Shown piece after piece: positions 18,501 through 27,045 of a DNA stretch of 64,000 nt. The stretch lies in the NCBI GenBank assembly GCA_052168235.1, contig JBQLZK010000013.1, positions 32,001-96,000 on the forward strand, read 5' to 3'. Made by a program: the position numbers and the translations under genes. Origin of the DNA: Thainema sp. GTDB lineage: Bacteria; Cyanobacteriota; Cyanobacteriia; Phormidesmidales; Phormidesmidaceae. The first letter of the stretch is position 1; each line of letters opens with the position of its first letter. The notes below the pieces were generated by a model that made no database searches, had not been told where the DNA came from, and saw only the letters and a program-made list of their open reading frames with translations.

Positions 18501-19310
18501 CGCGCTGCCGAAGCCAATGAACCCATTGAGCAAAACTTTATTCGTAAACATGCCCTGGAACTAGAGGCCAAAGGCGTCGAAAACGCCTCGGCGCGGCTGT
18601 TCTCCAATCCCAACGGTGAGTTTGGTTCCCTCGTCAACGATCAGGTAACCTCATCCGGCTGGGAATCGAGCGAAGAGTTGGGCAATACCTGGCGCGATCG
18701 CAACTCCTTCAGCTATGGTCGCCAAGACCGGGGACAGGCCCGACCAGAAATCCTGGAATCGCTGCTGCAATCCACCGACCGGATTGTGCAGGAAATCGAC
18801 TCGGTGGAGTATGGTCTGACCGATATCCAGGAATATTACGCCAACACAGGAGCACTGAAGCAGGCGGCGGAAACCCGCCAAGGTCGCAAGGTGACGGCTA
18901 GCTTTGTCGAGAGTTTTTCTAACGACACCACACCGCGCAAGCTGGAGTCGCTGTTGCGGATGGAATATCGCACCAAGTTACTCAACCCTAAATGGGCTGA
19001 GGCGATGGCGGCGCAGGGTTCCGGCGGCGCTTACGAAATCTCGCAGCGGATGACGGCGCTGCTGGGTTGGAGCGGCACGGTCAACTTCCAGGACAACTGG
19101 GTTTACGACCAGGCGGCAGACACCTACGCTCTGGATGCAGAAATGGCTGAACGACTCCGAAAAGCCAATCCAGAAGCGTTCCGCAATATTGTGGCGCGAA
19201 TGCTGGAAGCCCACGGGCGCGGTTTCTGGCAACCCAGCGACGATCGGCTGGAAAAACTGCGGGAGATGTATGAGCTGACCGATGAGGAACTAGAGGGTGT
19301 AACCGTTTAG
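15522..19310 (+). CDS. bchH: Magnesium chelatase subunit H family protein (second, BchH-like cyanobacterial paralog)
   Basis: STIGFPLVGGPAG, HFGMHGTVEWLPG, YAANNPSE, LPTGRNIHALDP, EYYANTG, RTKLLNPKW. Confidence 0.9.
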   Translation: MKRIVLITGFESFNSGLYRQAAEMAQQRSPDLEIQVFSDRNLTSHADQIGTALAQADVLFASLLFDYDQVMWLRQRAERIPVRLVFESALELMSLTQLGKFSIGDQPKGMPKPVKFILSKFGSGKEEDKLAGYLSFLKVGPKLLKYIPARKVQDLRNWLIIYGYWNAGGVDNVTTMFGVIAERYLGISVGELPPPIETPNMGLLHPDYVGYFESPRAYLDWYRQTVLPTLDHSQTVATRPVVGILLYRKHVITKQPYIPQLIRYVEQAGLTPLPIFINGVEGHVAVRDWMTTTYEQEQRQQGHMAIPSLSKDAVQVDAIASTIGFPLVGGPAGSMEAGRQVEVATRILSAKNIPYLIAAPLLIQDIHSWTRQGIGGLQSVVLYALPELDGAIDTIPLGGLVGDQIYLIPERVKRLTGRLKNWIQLRQTPPAERKIAILLYGFPPGYGAVGTAALLNVPQSLIKLLQELRSQGYDLGNPDDWPTDGETLIQQVQSADEAYAGQMPVESFEETAIAKVPAHKLEHWLGYVLRTRVERQWKSLTESGIKTIGDQLLLGGVQLGNVWIGVQPPLGILGDPMRLMFERDMTPHPQYVAFYQWLQREFQADALIHFGMHGTVEWLPGAPLGNTGYSWPDILLGDLPNLYIYAANNPSESILAKRRGYGVMISHNVPPYGRAGLYKDLVALRELIQEYREDPAKNTVLKEGIIKKIADTGLEKDCPFAAARQFGIEVIPENAKLFSQDVFSGYLTKLYEYLQVLETRLFSSGLHVLGKVPTADELASYLSAYFGDQLDAALVNEISQTWSDPDQTVDIPALTMRFPAQAEPIQTAVEICDRISQTTDELTNLLRGLNGEYVPPAPGGDLLRDGVGALPTGRNIHALDPYRMPSPAAYERGRAIARQIIQQHLDEQGTYPETVAVMLWGLDAIKTKGESLGILLELVGAEPIKEGTGRIVRYELQPLDQLGRPRIDVLGNLSGIFRDSFVNIIELLDDLFRRAAEANEPIEQNFIRKHALELEAKGVENASARLFSNPNGEFGSLVNDQVTSSGWESSEELGNTWRDRNSFSYGRQDRGQARPEILESLLQSTDRIVQEIDSVEYGLTDIQEYYANTGALKQAAETRQGRKVTASFVESFSNDTTPRKLESLLRMEYRTKLLNPKWAEAMAAQGSGGAYEISQRMTALLGWSGTVNFQDNWVYDQAADTYALDAEMAERLRKANPEAFRNIVARMLEAHGRGFWQPSDDRLEKLREMYELTDEELEGVTV

Positions 19311-21973
19311 CTGGATGGAACCTGCTGATGTAACGGAATGGTAATGATAAACTCGGTGCCTTGGTTGGGTTGTGAGCGACAGGTCAACGTCCCGCCGTGC
19401 TTTTCAGTAATGATCTGAAAGCTAATGGACAGCCCCATACCCGTTCCCTTGCCGATCGGCTTGGTGGTGAAAAACGGATTAAAGATCTGCTGTTTAACCT
19501 CGTCTGGAATGCCAGCCCCATTGTCGCAAATCCGGATAGTGGCTTGGTTAGTAGCTGTCACCTCTGTATAGATATCAATAGCAGCGGCAAAATCAGGTTG
19601 CTGCTGCATGACATCATCCAGTGCGTCAATAGCGTTGCTGATCAGATTCATAAATACCTGATTGAGCTGTCCGGCATAGCATTCCACTAAGGGCAAATCA
19701 CCATAATGACGATTAACTTGGATGGCGCAGCGCTCCGGTTTAGCCTTCGTCCGGTTTTGCAAAATCATCAGCGTACTGTCGATACCCCCATGAATATCAA
19801 CCGCTTTCATTTCGGCCTCATCCATGCGGGAAAACGTGCGGAGAGAAGTGACAATCTGCTGAATTCGGTCGGCACCCACTTTCATCGAGCTCAACAGCTT
19901 CGGTAGATCAACTTTCAAAAAGTCCAGATCAATCGCACTGATTTCATCTTCGATTTCTGGCAGCGGCGATGGATAGCACTGTTGATACAGGTCAATGAGT
20001 CCAACGAGGTCTTGGATGTATTCTTTGGCGTGGGTCAGATTGCCATAGATAAAGTTAACTGGATTGTTGATTTCATGGGCCACACCTGCGACCAGCTGGC
20101 CTAAACTCGACATTTTTTCGCTCTGTACCATCTGCGCATGAGTCCGCTGAAGTTCTGCCAGAGCCTGTTGCAGGCATTCCGTTTGCTGGCGGAATCGCTG
20201 TTCGGACTGTTGCAAAGCCGCCCGTGCCCATTTGCGATCGCGACTTTCAATTGCCAGAGCCACCAAATCAGAGATCGAGCGAACAAAGGCTTCATCCTCA
20301 GGTTCCCAGTGACGAGAGGAGCCAACATGCTCAATGCACAGCACCCCAACCACTTCGCCGCCAACTCGAATTGGGCTGTCTATCATGGCAGTGATGCCCA
20401 GCGGTTTGAGGTAGCAGTCCACAAATTCACTCAGCCGGGGATCAACTAACGTATTCTGCGCGACCAGAATCCGCTCTTGCCGCAGGGCATCAAAATAGCT
20501 GGGAAAATCCGCCACGTTCAATGCATCCTCTTGGCTGTGGCAGTTACTGGATTGCTGATAGAGATCAACACACAGCAGCGTTTGGGGCTGGTGCGGCTGA
20601 TCGTAGAGCCAAAGGCTGACTCGTTCTGTTCTCAATGTACCTGCTGCTGCTGCCGTAATCGCTTGCACTGCGTTTTCCCAATCGCCTTCTGACAGCGCGC
20701 GCTGGTGGGTCAACAGGTGCAAAATCGCGTTATGCTTACGCAGCTTAGCGGCCCGTTGATGGATAATGGCTTCTACTCGTTTTCGTTCGGTAATGTCTGA
20801 CGTAGTGCCCACCAGGCGGATGATCCGTCCGTCTTCATCTCGGAGTGGGTTGAGAGTGGTAAACCACCAAGTGTCCTGACCCTGCAATCGACGGCATTCT
20901 TCATAGGTAACGACCTCCCCCGCCGCAACGCACCTAGCATAGTTGCGATGAACGTGACGGCCTTCCGCTTCTCCAAACACGTCAATCGGTGATTTGCCTG
21001 CAATCTCGCGACTGGTTAATCCCGTTACCCGCTCAGTGGCCGGATTCCAGCCCACTATCCGGAACTGCTCAGCAGCCAAAACCTCCACGACAAAAATCAG
21101 ATGCTCGGAACCATCATAGACACTGCGCAAGAATTGCTCCTGTTCCCGCAGCTTCCGTTCAGCCTCTTTTTGATTCGTGATATTGCGGGAAATGCCGACC
21201 GTCTGAATCACAGCTCCCGACTGATCAAAAATGGGCGATTTGATCGTGCTGAATGTATGTTCCTCACCGTCATGGCGAATAATTGGTTCTTCAACTAAAA
21301 GCGATTGGCCTGTGCGGAACACGTATCTATCGTCTTTGACGTACTGCTGCGTATAGTTCGACTTGGGATGCGGCGCACCAATCCGTCCCTCTAGGTCAGC
21401 GGAGGTGATGCCATAGTAATCGCAAAATGCCTTATTGCCGTACAGAACGCGCGAACCAGCTCCCTTGCAGAGAATCATATCTGGAATCGCATCGAGAATT
21501 TGTCGATAGAGCTGCACAGATTCCAGCAGATGAGCATTCTGGGTCAATAAATCCGGTGATGGTGAAACACGCGCCGTGGATGTGGCTGGGGGAGATGCGA
21601 TCGCACAGGCATATTCCATTCCTGCACCCGTTATATAGGTCAATCGCACCTCAACCGCCAAGCGCTGTTTTGTCTGGGTTTGATACTCCAGGTTTAGGAT
21701 GCAGTTTTTCTGTAGCAAGTCTTGCCAGTAAGCTGACCACTGGCCTGCCGAGACATCAGGTGCAATATCAAAGATGTGAAACTGGAGGAGTTCAGCATAG
21801 TCATAACCCAGTTGCTGACATGCGGCCTCATTGACGTAAAAAATTCTGGCATCTGGCTGAATCAACAGCACGATATCTGGCAATTGATTTAGAGCAAATG
21901 CGCTCAACTGCATCGTCTGATGCGGTGAAAATTGACTAGGTGAGAGTTGACGATTTCCGGGTTGGCACTGCAT
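19307..21973 (-). CDS. PAS-PAS-PAS-GAF sensor histidine kinase
   Basis: Three PAS/PAC units, GAF (ERVSLWL...GVLCIEH), LVAGVAHEINNP H-box, LNQVFMNLISNA, FFTTKPIGKGTGMGL. Confidence 0.93.
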   Translation of the reverse strand: MQCQPGNRQLSPSQFSPHQTMQLSAFALNQLPDIVLLIQPDARIFYVNEAACQQLGYDYAELLQFHIFDIAPDVSAGQWSAYWQDLLQKNCILNLEYQTQTKQRLAVEVRLTYITGAGMEYACAIASPPATSTARVSPSPDLLTQNAHLLESVQLYRQILDAIPDMILCKGAGSRVLYGNKAFCDYYGITSADLEGRIGAPHPKSNYTQQYVKDDRYVFRTGQSLLVEEPIIRHDGEEHTFSTIKSPIFDQSGAVIQTVGISRNITNQKEAERKLREQEQFLRSVYDGSEHLIFVVEVLAAEQFRIVGWNPATERVTGLTSREIAGKSPIDVFGEAEGRHVHRNYARCVAAGEVVTYEECRRLQGQDTWWFTTLNPLRDEDGRIIRLVGTTSDITERKRVEAIIHQRAAKLRKHNAILHLLTHQRALSEGDWENAVQAITAAAAGTLRTERVSLWLYDQPHQPQTLLCVDLYQQSSNCHSQEDALNVADFPSYFDALRQERILVAQNTLVDPRLSEFVDCYLKPLGITAMIDSPIRVGGEVVGVLCIEHVGSSRHWEPEDEAFVRSISDLVALAIESRDRKWARAALQQSEQRFRQQTECLQQALAELQRTHAQMVQSEKMSSLGQLVAGVAHEINNPVNFIYGNLTHAKEYIQDLVGLIDLYQQCYPSPLPEIEDEISAIDLDFLKVDLPKLLSSMKVGADRIQQIVTSLRTFSRMDEAEMKAVDIHGGIDSTLMILQNRTKAKPERCAIQVNRHYGDLPLVECYAGQLNQVFMNLISNAIDALDDVMQQQPDFAAAIDIYTEVTATNQATIRICDNGAGIPDEVKQQIFNPFFTTKPIGKGTGMGLSISFQIITEKHGGTLTCRSQPNQGTEFIITIPLHQQVPSS

Positions 21974-22266
21974 AAAATCGGCTCCTAGGGCACGGTCTGC
22001 TGAGTGGCAGAATTAGAGAACTGATCATGTCGAATCTTTGAAAAATTGGGATTAAAACAGATAGTAAAAATTTGAGCAGCTCAATGTGCCCCATTAGGAC
22101 GTAATAGCAAGCTGCGAAAAGATGAATTGCAACGAAATATGAACAAGCTATTAAAACGTTACATTTTAATCGTGCAGTTTTGGGGGAGTAGATTTCGCTA
22201 TTTGTGACTAATAAGCCGGAAAAATCTCCGTATTTTTTCTGAAATTTGAGCTAAGTTTTGGGGGAT

Positions 22267-22570
22267 CGGGGGTTGAGAGTGGGGCGTTGGGTTTTAGGTG
22301 CTAGGTGTTTGGGTTTTAGGTGATGGGTGTTGAGTATTGGGTTTTGATGGGTGTTGGGTGATGGGTGTTGGATTTTAGGTGCTAGGTATTTGGATATCAG
22401 GTTTTAGGTGCTAAGGAGCGTGGATTCAATAAGGTGCAATCTTTGGGGTAGGGACACGGCAATGCCGTGTCCCTACGGATGGAACGATTTACAGTCTATT
22501 TAATTCGCAGTCCTAAGTATTTGGATATTAGGTTTTAGGTGATGGGTTTTGGGTTTTAGGTGTTGGGTTA
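22267..22570. repeat. STRR-like G/T-rich short tandem repeat tract (gggtttt/aggtgnt/gggtgtt units)
   Basis: Recurring gggttttaggtg and gatgggtgtt; a complementary-sense block ctcaatacctaaaacccaatacc lies at ~22646-22690. Confidence 0.75.
22415..22513. mobile_element. MITE family D copy 1 (99 bp, TAA TSD) carrying a GTAG...CTAC REP-like hairpin
   Basis: taa at 22412-22414 and 22514-22516; core gtagggacacggc-aat-gccgtgtccctac; homologous to the reverse complement of 62342-62440. Confidence 0.85.
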
Positions 22571-23045
22571 GATTGGTGCTTCATCTTTCATATTTACTGT
22601 TGCCGCTACGTTCTAATTAATAGATCCGGCATTCAGGTTCTCAAACTCAATACCTAAAACCCAATACCTATTAACCGACACCCAGTACCTATTACTTATT
22701 CTTGAACAGACATTTTTCCGTAGAAACACGTAAGCTGTAACGCTGAACGTTATCAGGCCATCTGCCTGAGATTTGCACATTTATTCAGTAAGGTTACGAG
22801 TAGGCTCTAATAGCCCTAAATGTAAATAAATATTACAAATAAATTGCAATAATAAATTACAAGCTGATCGCATCCTTTAAATTGCAAATTTTTAGGATGC
22901 GGGTTTAGCCACTTAGGTGCTAATGCTTGGATACATACTGAAATTACTGAAATACCACGGCTAGGGAAATCTGGGAATTTTTTATCGGATTTTGAGTCGA
23001 GTTTGACTGCCTTCGATTAATTCCATCCCACATATATGGAGTATT

Positions 23046-23471
23046 ATGACTTTCTCTACCTCCACATCTACACAGCCGACGCCACAAGCTTTGCAACAGT
23101 TAAGGGCTTTACTCGCTCTGTCTGCCCCCACAACCGCTTTAACTTATATCGAGCCCAATGTTTGTCCCCGTACGCCTTTACTCAAGGAAGAACGGGCGGA
23201 CACGTTTCGCTATTGGCAAGATGGGCGACTTCACACAGGGTTAACTTTTTCAGGGGACTTGTTTTACGCAGTGGTGGAGTTTGATTTACATAGCTATTTA
23301 GAAGGCATTAGAGTTGCTGATGATCTGCGTAACAGCGGTATTCTCAGCGTCATTACGGCTTCAGACCAAACGCTAACGGTCTGGGTCAGTATGCGATCGC
23401 AAGCTGTTTTAAGCGATCGCAATGCCGATGAGCCACCTGCCGAGCAAAACCATGAGAGTTCTGTTGATTGA
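23046..23471 (+). CDS. Hypothetical protein overlapping the start of the downstream response regulator
   Basis: 141-aa ORF with ggag RBS; no family recognised. Confidence 0.6.
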   Translation: MTFSTSTSTQPTPQALQQLRALLALSAPTTALTYIEPNVCPRTPLLKEERADTFRYWQDGRLHTGLTFSGDLFYAVVEFDLHSYLEGIRVADDLRNSGILSVITASDQTLTVWVSMRSQAVLSDRNADEPPAEQNHESSVD

Positions 23472-26400
23472 AGATGATGCCACGACGCGGAATGCTATTA
23501 AGGAATTCTTACACGCCCATAACTTCATCGTGGATGTGGCCGAGGACGGATCGATAGGCCGGGAGATGGCCAAACGACTGGATTACGATTTGATTCTGCT
23601 AGATATCGTGCTCCCTGGGCTGAGTGGTATTACGCTCTGTCGCCAACTGCGGCAGCAGCAGCAAACGGTACCAATTATCTTTCTTACGTCACGCAACACG
23701 CTCTCGGACAAGCTAGAAGGATTAAACGCTGGCGCAGATGATTATGTTGTGAAGTCATCAGATCCCCAGGAATTGCTGGCTCGAATTCAAGTGTTGTTGC
23801 GACGTGGTTCTGCCGCAGAATTTGTTTTGCGCTGGGGTCAACTGTCGCTAGATCCCAAAACACGCACCGTGACCTATGATCAGCAGCCGATTTCTCTCAG
23901 CCGCAAAGAGTTCCAAATTCTAGAACTGTTGATGCGCCGCCCGAACTGGGTGCTGAGCCGACAGACCATCATTGATCAGGTTTGGGGAGTGGGCGAAGAT
24001 CCGCCGACGGAAAGTACGGTCAAGTCACACATCAAAGCGATTCGGCGCAAGTTAAAAGCGCTGACGACAGCAAACGTGATTGAAACCGTGTACGGGCAAG
24101 GCTATCGGCTTGATTCTACGGTGGCGCAATCAGCCAACTCTTTATCCGCCAATTTATCAAATGGGCAACGGGCAGAACCTGCGATCGCAGATTATTCTGC
24201 ACCATTGGGATCTAACGCAGAGGACAACGGACAACAATCCGAACAGCGATCCCGACCATCATCTCAGCAGCAGCAATCTGATGATCTATCGGATCCGTCC
24301 GAGGGTCACACTCAACAGCAGATTTCGGCTCATCATGCTCAATCAAACGCTCAATCCGTTGATTCATCATCTGATGGTCAAGTAAACCGCGACTTTGTTT
24401 CTCAATCCGGCAAACCTGCATTAAATGCAGCAAAGCGGCGGCGATTACAAGCAAATCTCCAGCAGCTTTGGCATCAGGCAAAGCAAACCGCACGGCAGCG
24501 ACTGAACACGATCGAGCAGTTGTTGTCTTTTCTACAGTCAGGTTTGCCGGATAGCGGGCTGCTTGACCAAATTATGTATATTGCTCACAAACTAGCGGGA
24601 TCGCTCGGTACGTTTGGGCAGATAGAAGCGTCCCAAGCGGCCTATCAGTTGGAGCGCCTGATGCAGTCGGCATTGAATACGGCCTGCCAAGGTGATCTGG
24701 CTCCAGAAAATTCGGCTCAAAATGGTTTGCCCTCAAGCCATTCAGCTCAAAATGGTTCTACTTTACATAGCTCAACTGCAAATGGTTCCACGCCGAATCG
24801 TTCTATTTCGAATGGTTCCACGTCGAAGGGCTCAGCGCTAAACGGTTCCAGTTTCAGTCATGCAACGCTGAATGCTTTAGCTCAGGATTCTTCAGCTCAG
24901 GATTCTTCAGCTCAGGATGCTTCAGCTCAGGATGCTTTAGCTCAGGATGATCCAGCCCAAGATACTCTTCAGATTGACGCTGACCTGATCACAACGGCAC
25001 GTCAGCTCATCCAGTCAATTCGAGACTGTTTAGAAACTCAATCGACACCATTGGATGGGGTGGTGCAATCTTCGCCACCATGGCCTTATCATCCACCGCA
25101 GATCCCCAACCTGCTGATTATTGATGCCGATCAGGAGCTGGTGCAGTCGATTCTAGCCGCTGCTCCAGCCTGGTCTATACAAGCTGCGATCGCAACGGAT
25201 TTAACTACGGCCCAAGCCGACATTGCCAAGCATGAACCCGACATTATTCTGCTCGATCTGCATTGGCAGCAAGGAAAACTGAGCGGTTTGCAGCTGTTGC
25301 GCAAGCTGTATGCTCAATCCCTGTCCATTCCTGTGGTGGTCTACTCTAGTAGCCTCAGTAAGTCCGAACGGTTGCAGGCGATCCAACTGGGGGCAGTGGG
25401 CTTTGTGCCGCGACCTGCCGTCCCCGAAAAGGTGCTGTCCATCGTGCGGCAGCATTTGCCTTGCCCAGAACCCATGTTCCACGTGTTGGCTGTGGATGAT
25501 GACGAGCACCAGCTCACAACATTGCGAACCTATATGGAAAATGAGGGACTGCAGTTTACTGGACTAGGCCAGCCGGAGCGACTGCTGGAAACGCTCCAGG
25601 CCAGCCAGCCTGATTTAGTTCTGCTCGATATTTTGATGCCTCGCATTAGTGGCATTGAACTCTGCCAGATTTTACGCAGCGATGCAGAATATCAAACGCT
25701 GCCCGTGGTTATGCTGACTCATTATGATGATTTGAGTACTCGTCAGCGTGCCTTTTGGGTGGGAGCTGATGCGGTGTTATCCAAGCATGATCCGCTCTCA
25801 GCTAATCTCGGTCAGATCCAAGCACAGCTCAATCGCGATCGCAGATGTGCCCAAACCCGCATGGTTGATCCGCTGACTGGACTGGTCAATCGGTGTGGTG
25901 CAACCCGTGCCTTGCAGCAGCTCATTGCGATCGCGCGTCAGTTCGAGCAGCCGTTGAGTTTGGGCGTGATCAATCTAGACAACTTTCAGCGGTTTAATGC
26001 TGAATATGGTCGAGCAGCCGGGGATCAACTGCTGCGCCGATTCACCACTTTTTTGCAGCAGCATTGTCCGCCTGCCGATGTGATCGCTCGCTGGCGGGCC
26101 GAAGAATTTGTCATTTCCATGATTGGATTAGAACGAGCCGACGCCGTCGAACGGCTGGCTCAACTACTTGAGCTGTGGCGGTCACAGCCGCCCATGAGCA
26201 GCTTCAGCGCTGGTGTAGCGACCTTTCCGGTTGATGGACATAATCTGGAGTTTTTGTATCGCGTGGCCGAGGCCGCGCTGTATCAGGCCAAACTGACCGG
26301 GCGCGATCGCATTTTACCGGCCAGTTGGCAAATGCCAGATGCCTCTGATCCCCAGCTTGATGTAGTCATCGTTGGTCCCGATACAACCTGGCTGCGTAGT

Positions 26401-26778
26401 CTGGCGCGTGCTCTAGAAACACGAGGTTACCGCATCCACTGGTTCCAATCGGGACAAACGGCGCTGGAATACATTGATCGAGCCAATGCGTCCGTGCAGC
26501 TACAGGCAACAGCCGATCCGGATGCAATGCTGCAAATCAAAACCATCTTGCTGACGACCGATTTACCTGATATCAGCGCAATTGAGCTAGTGAACCAGCT
26601 CAATACGGCCTGCCAGCGGCAAACACCGATTCTGGCGCTCATTCAAAACAGCGATGAAAACGATCAAGTGGAGGAATTGCGATCGCAAGGAATGGCCGAC
26701 TATATTTCGTATCCCTGTGATGTAGCTGCCGTGATTGCCCACATTCGGCGTTATCTAGCTCCTACGGCCAACTGCTAA
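23452..26778 (+). CDS. Multi-domain response regulator: REC-wHTH-Hpt-REC-REC-GGDEF(degenerate)-REC
   Basis: MRVLLIEDD...LLDIVLP; LSRKEFQILELL...IETVYGQGY; AHKLAGSLGTFG; LLDLHW; LLDILMP; DPLTGLVNR...RWRAEEF; start moved to ATG 23452. Confidence 0.9.
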   Translation: MRVLLIEDDATTRNAIKEFLHAHNFIVDVAEDGSIGREMAKRLDYDLILLDIVLPGLSGITLCRQLRQQQQTVPIIFLTSRNTLSDKLEGLNAGADDYVVKSSDPQELLARIQVLLRRGSAAEFVLRWGQLSLDPKTRTVTYDQQPISLSRKEFQILELLMRRPNWVLSRQTIIDQVWGVGEDPPTESTVKSHIKAIRRKLKALTTANVIETVYGQGYRLDSTVAQSANSLSANLSNGQRAEPAIADYSAPLGSNAEDNGQQSEQRSRPSSQQQQSDDLSDPSEGHTQQQISAHHAQSNAQSVDSSSDGQVNRDFVSQSGKPALNAAKRRRLQANLQQLWHQAKQTARQRLNTIEQLLSFLQSGLPDSGLLDQIMYIAHKLAGSLGTFGQIEASQAAYQLERLMQSALNTACQGDLAPENSAQNGLPSSHSAQNGSTLHSSTANGSTPNRSISNGSTSKGSALNGSSFSHATLNALAQDSSAQDSSAQDASAQDALAQDDPAQDTLQIDADLITTARQLIQSIRDCLETQSTPLDGVVQSSPPWPYHPPQIPNLLIIDADQELVQSILAAAPAWSIQAAIATDLTTAQADIAKHEPDIILLDLHWQQGKLSGLQLLRKLYAQSLSIPVVVYSSSLSKSERLQAIQLGAVGFVPRPAVPEKVLSIVRQHLPCPEPMFHVLAVDDDEHQLTTLRTYMENEGLQFTGLGQPERLLETLQASQPDLVLLDILMPRISGIELCQILRSDAEYQTLPVVMLTHYDDLSTRQRAFWVGADAVLSKHDPLSANLGQIQAQLNRDRRCAQTRMVDPLTGLVNRCGATRALQQLIAIARQFEQPLSLGVINLDNFQRFNAEYGRAAGDQLLRRFTTFLQQHCPPADVIARWRAEEFVISMIGLERADAVERLAQLLELWRSQPPMSSFSAGVATFPVDGHNLEFLYRVAEAALYQAKLTGRDRILPASWQMPDASDPQLDVVIVGPDTTWLRSLARALETRGYRIHWFQSGQTALEYIDRANASVQLQATADPDAMLQIKTILLTTDLPDISAIELVNQLNTACQRQTPILALIQNSDENDQVEELRSQGMADYISYPCDVAAVIAHIRRYLAPTANC
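24880..24963 (+). repeat. In-frame 15-bp tandem repeat (AQDxx, about 6 copies)
   Basis: gctcaggattcttca and variants. Confidence 0.85.
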
Positions 26779-27045
26779 TCTGCTGTCTGCATAGAAATCC
26801 CATACAAAATCCTTATCTTATGTAGACTTTATTAACTTTCCCGTCTCTGTCAAGGCATAGCTTATACTTATAAAATTGTTTAGAAATGTATAGAAATATG
26901 TAGGACGGCAGCAGCTTGAGCCATTTCATGTTTAGGAAAAGGCGTGAGATTGGCCGATAGAGAACCTCTTATTTCATATCAAGTTTTTTCTTTTGTAGTT
27001 TCTTTCCGTAGAACGTCATAGGGCGTCAAGGTTATCCGTATCCAT

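Noticed and set aside
15522..19310. cobN or canonical chlH
   Set aside because: The N-terminus (MKRIVLITGFESFN) and motifs fit the known second BchH-like paralog; not novel
22821..22837. NtcA-like palindrome TGTA-N9-TACA
   Set aside because: The spacer is one base too long and the context is AT-rich; unsupported
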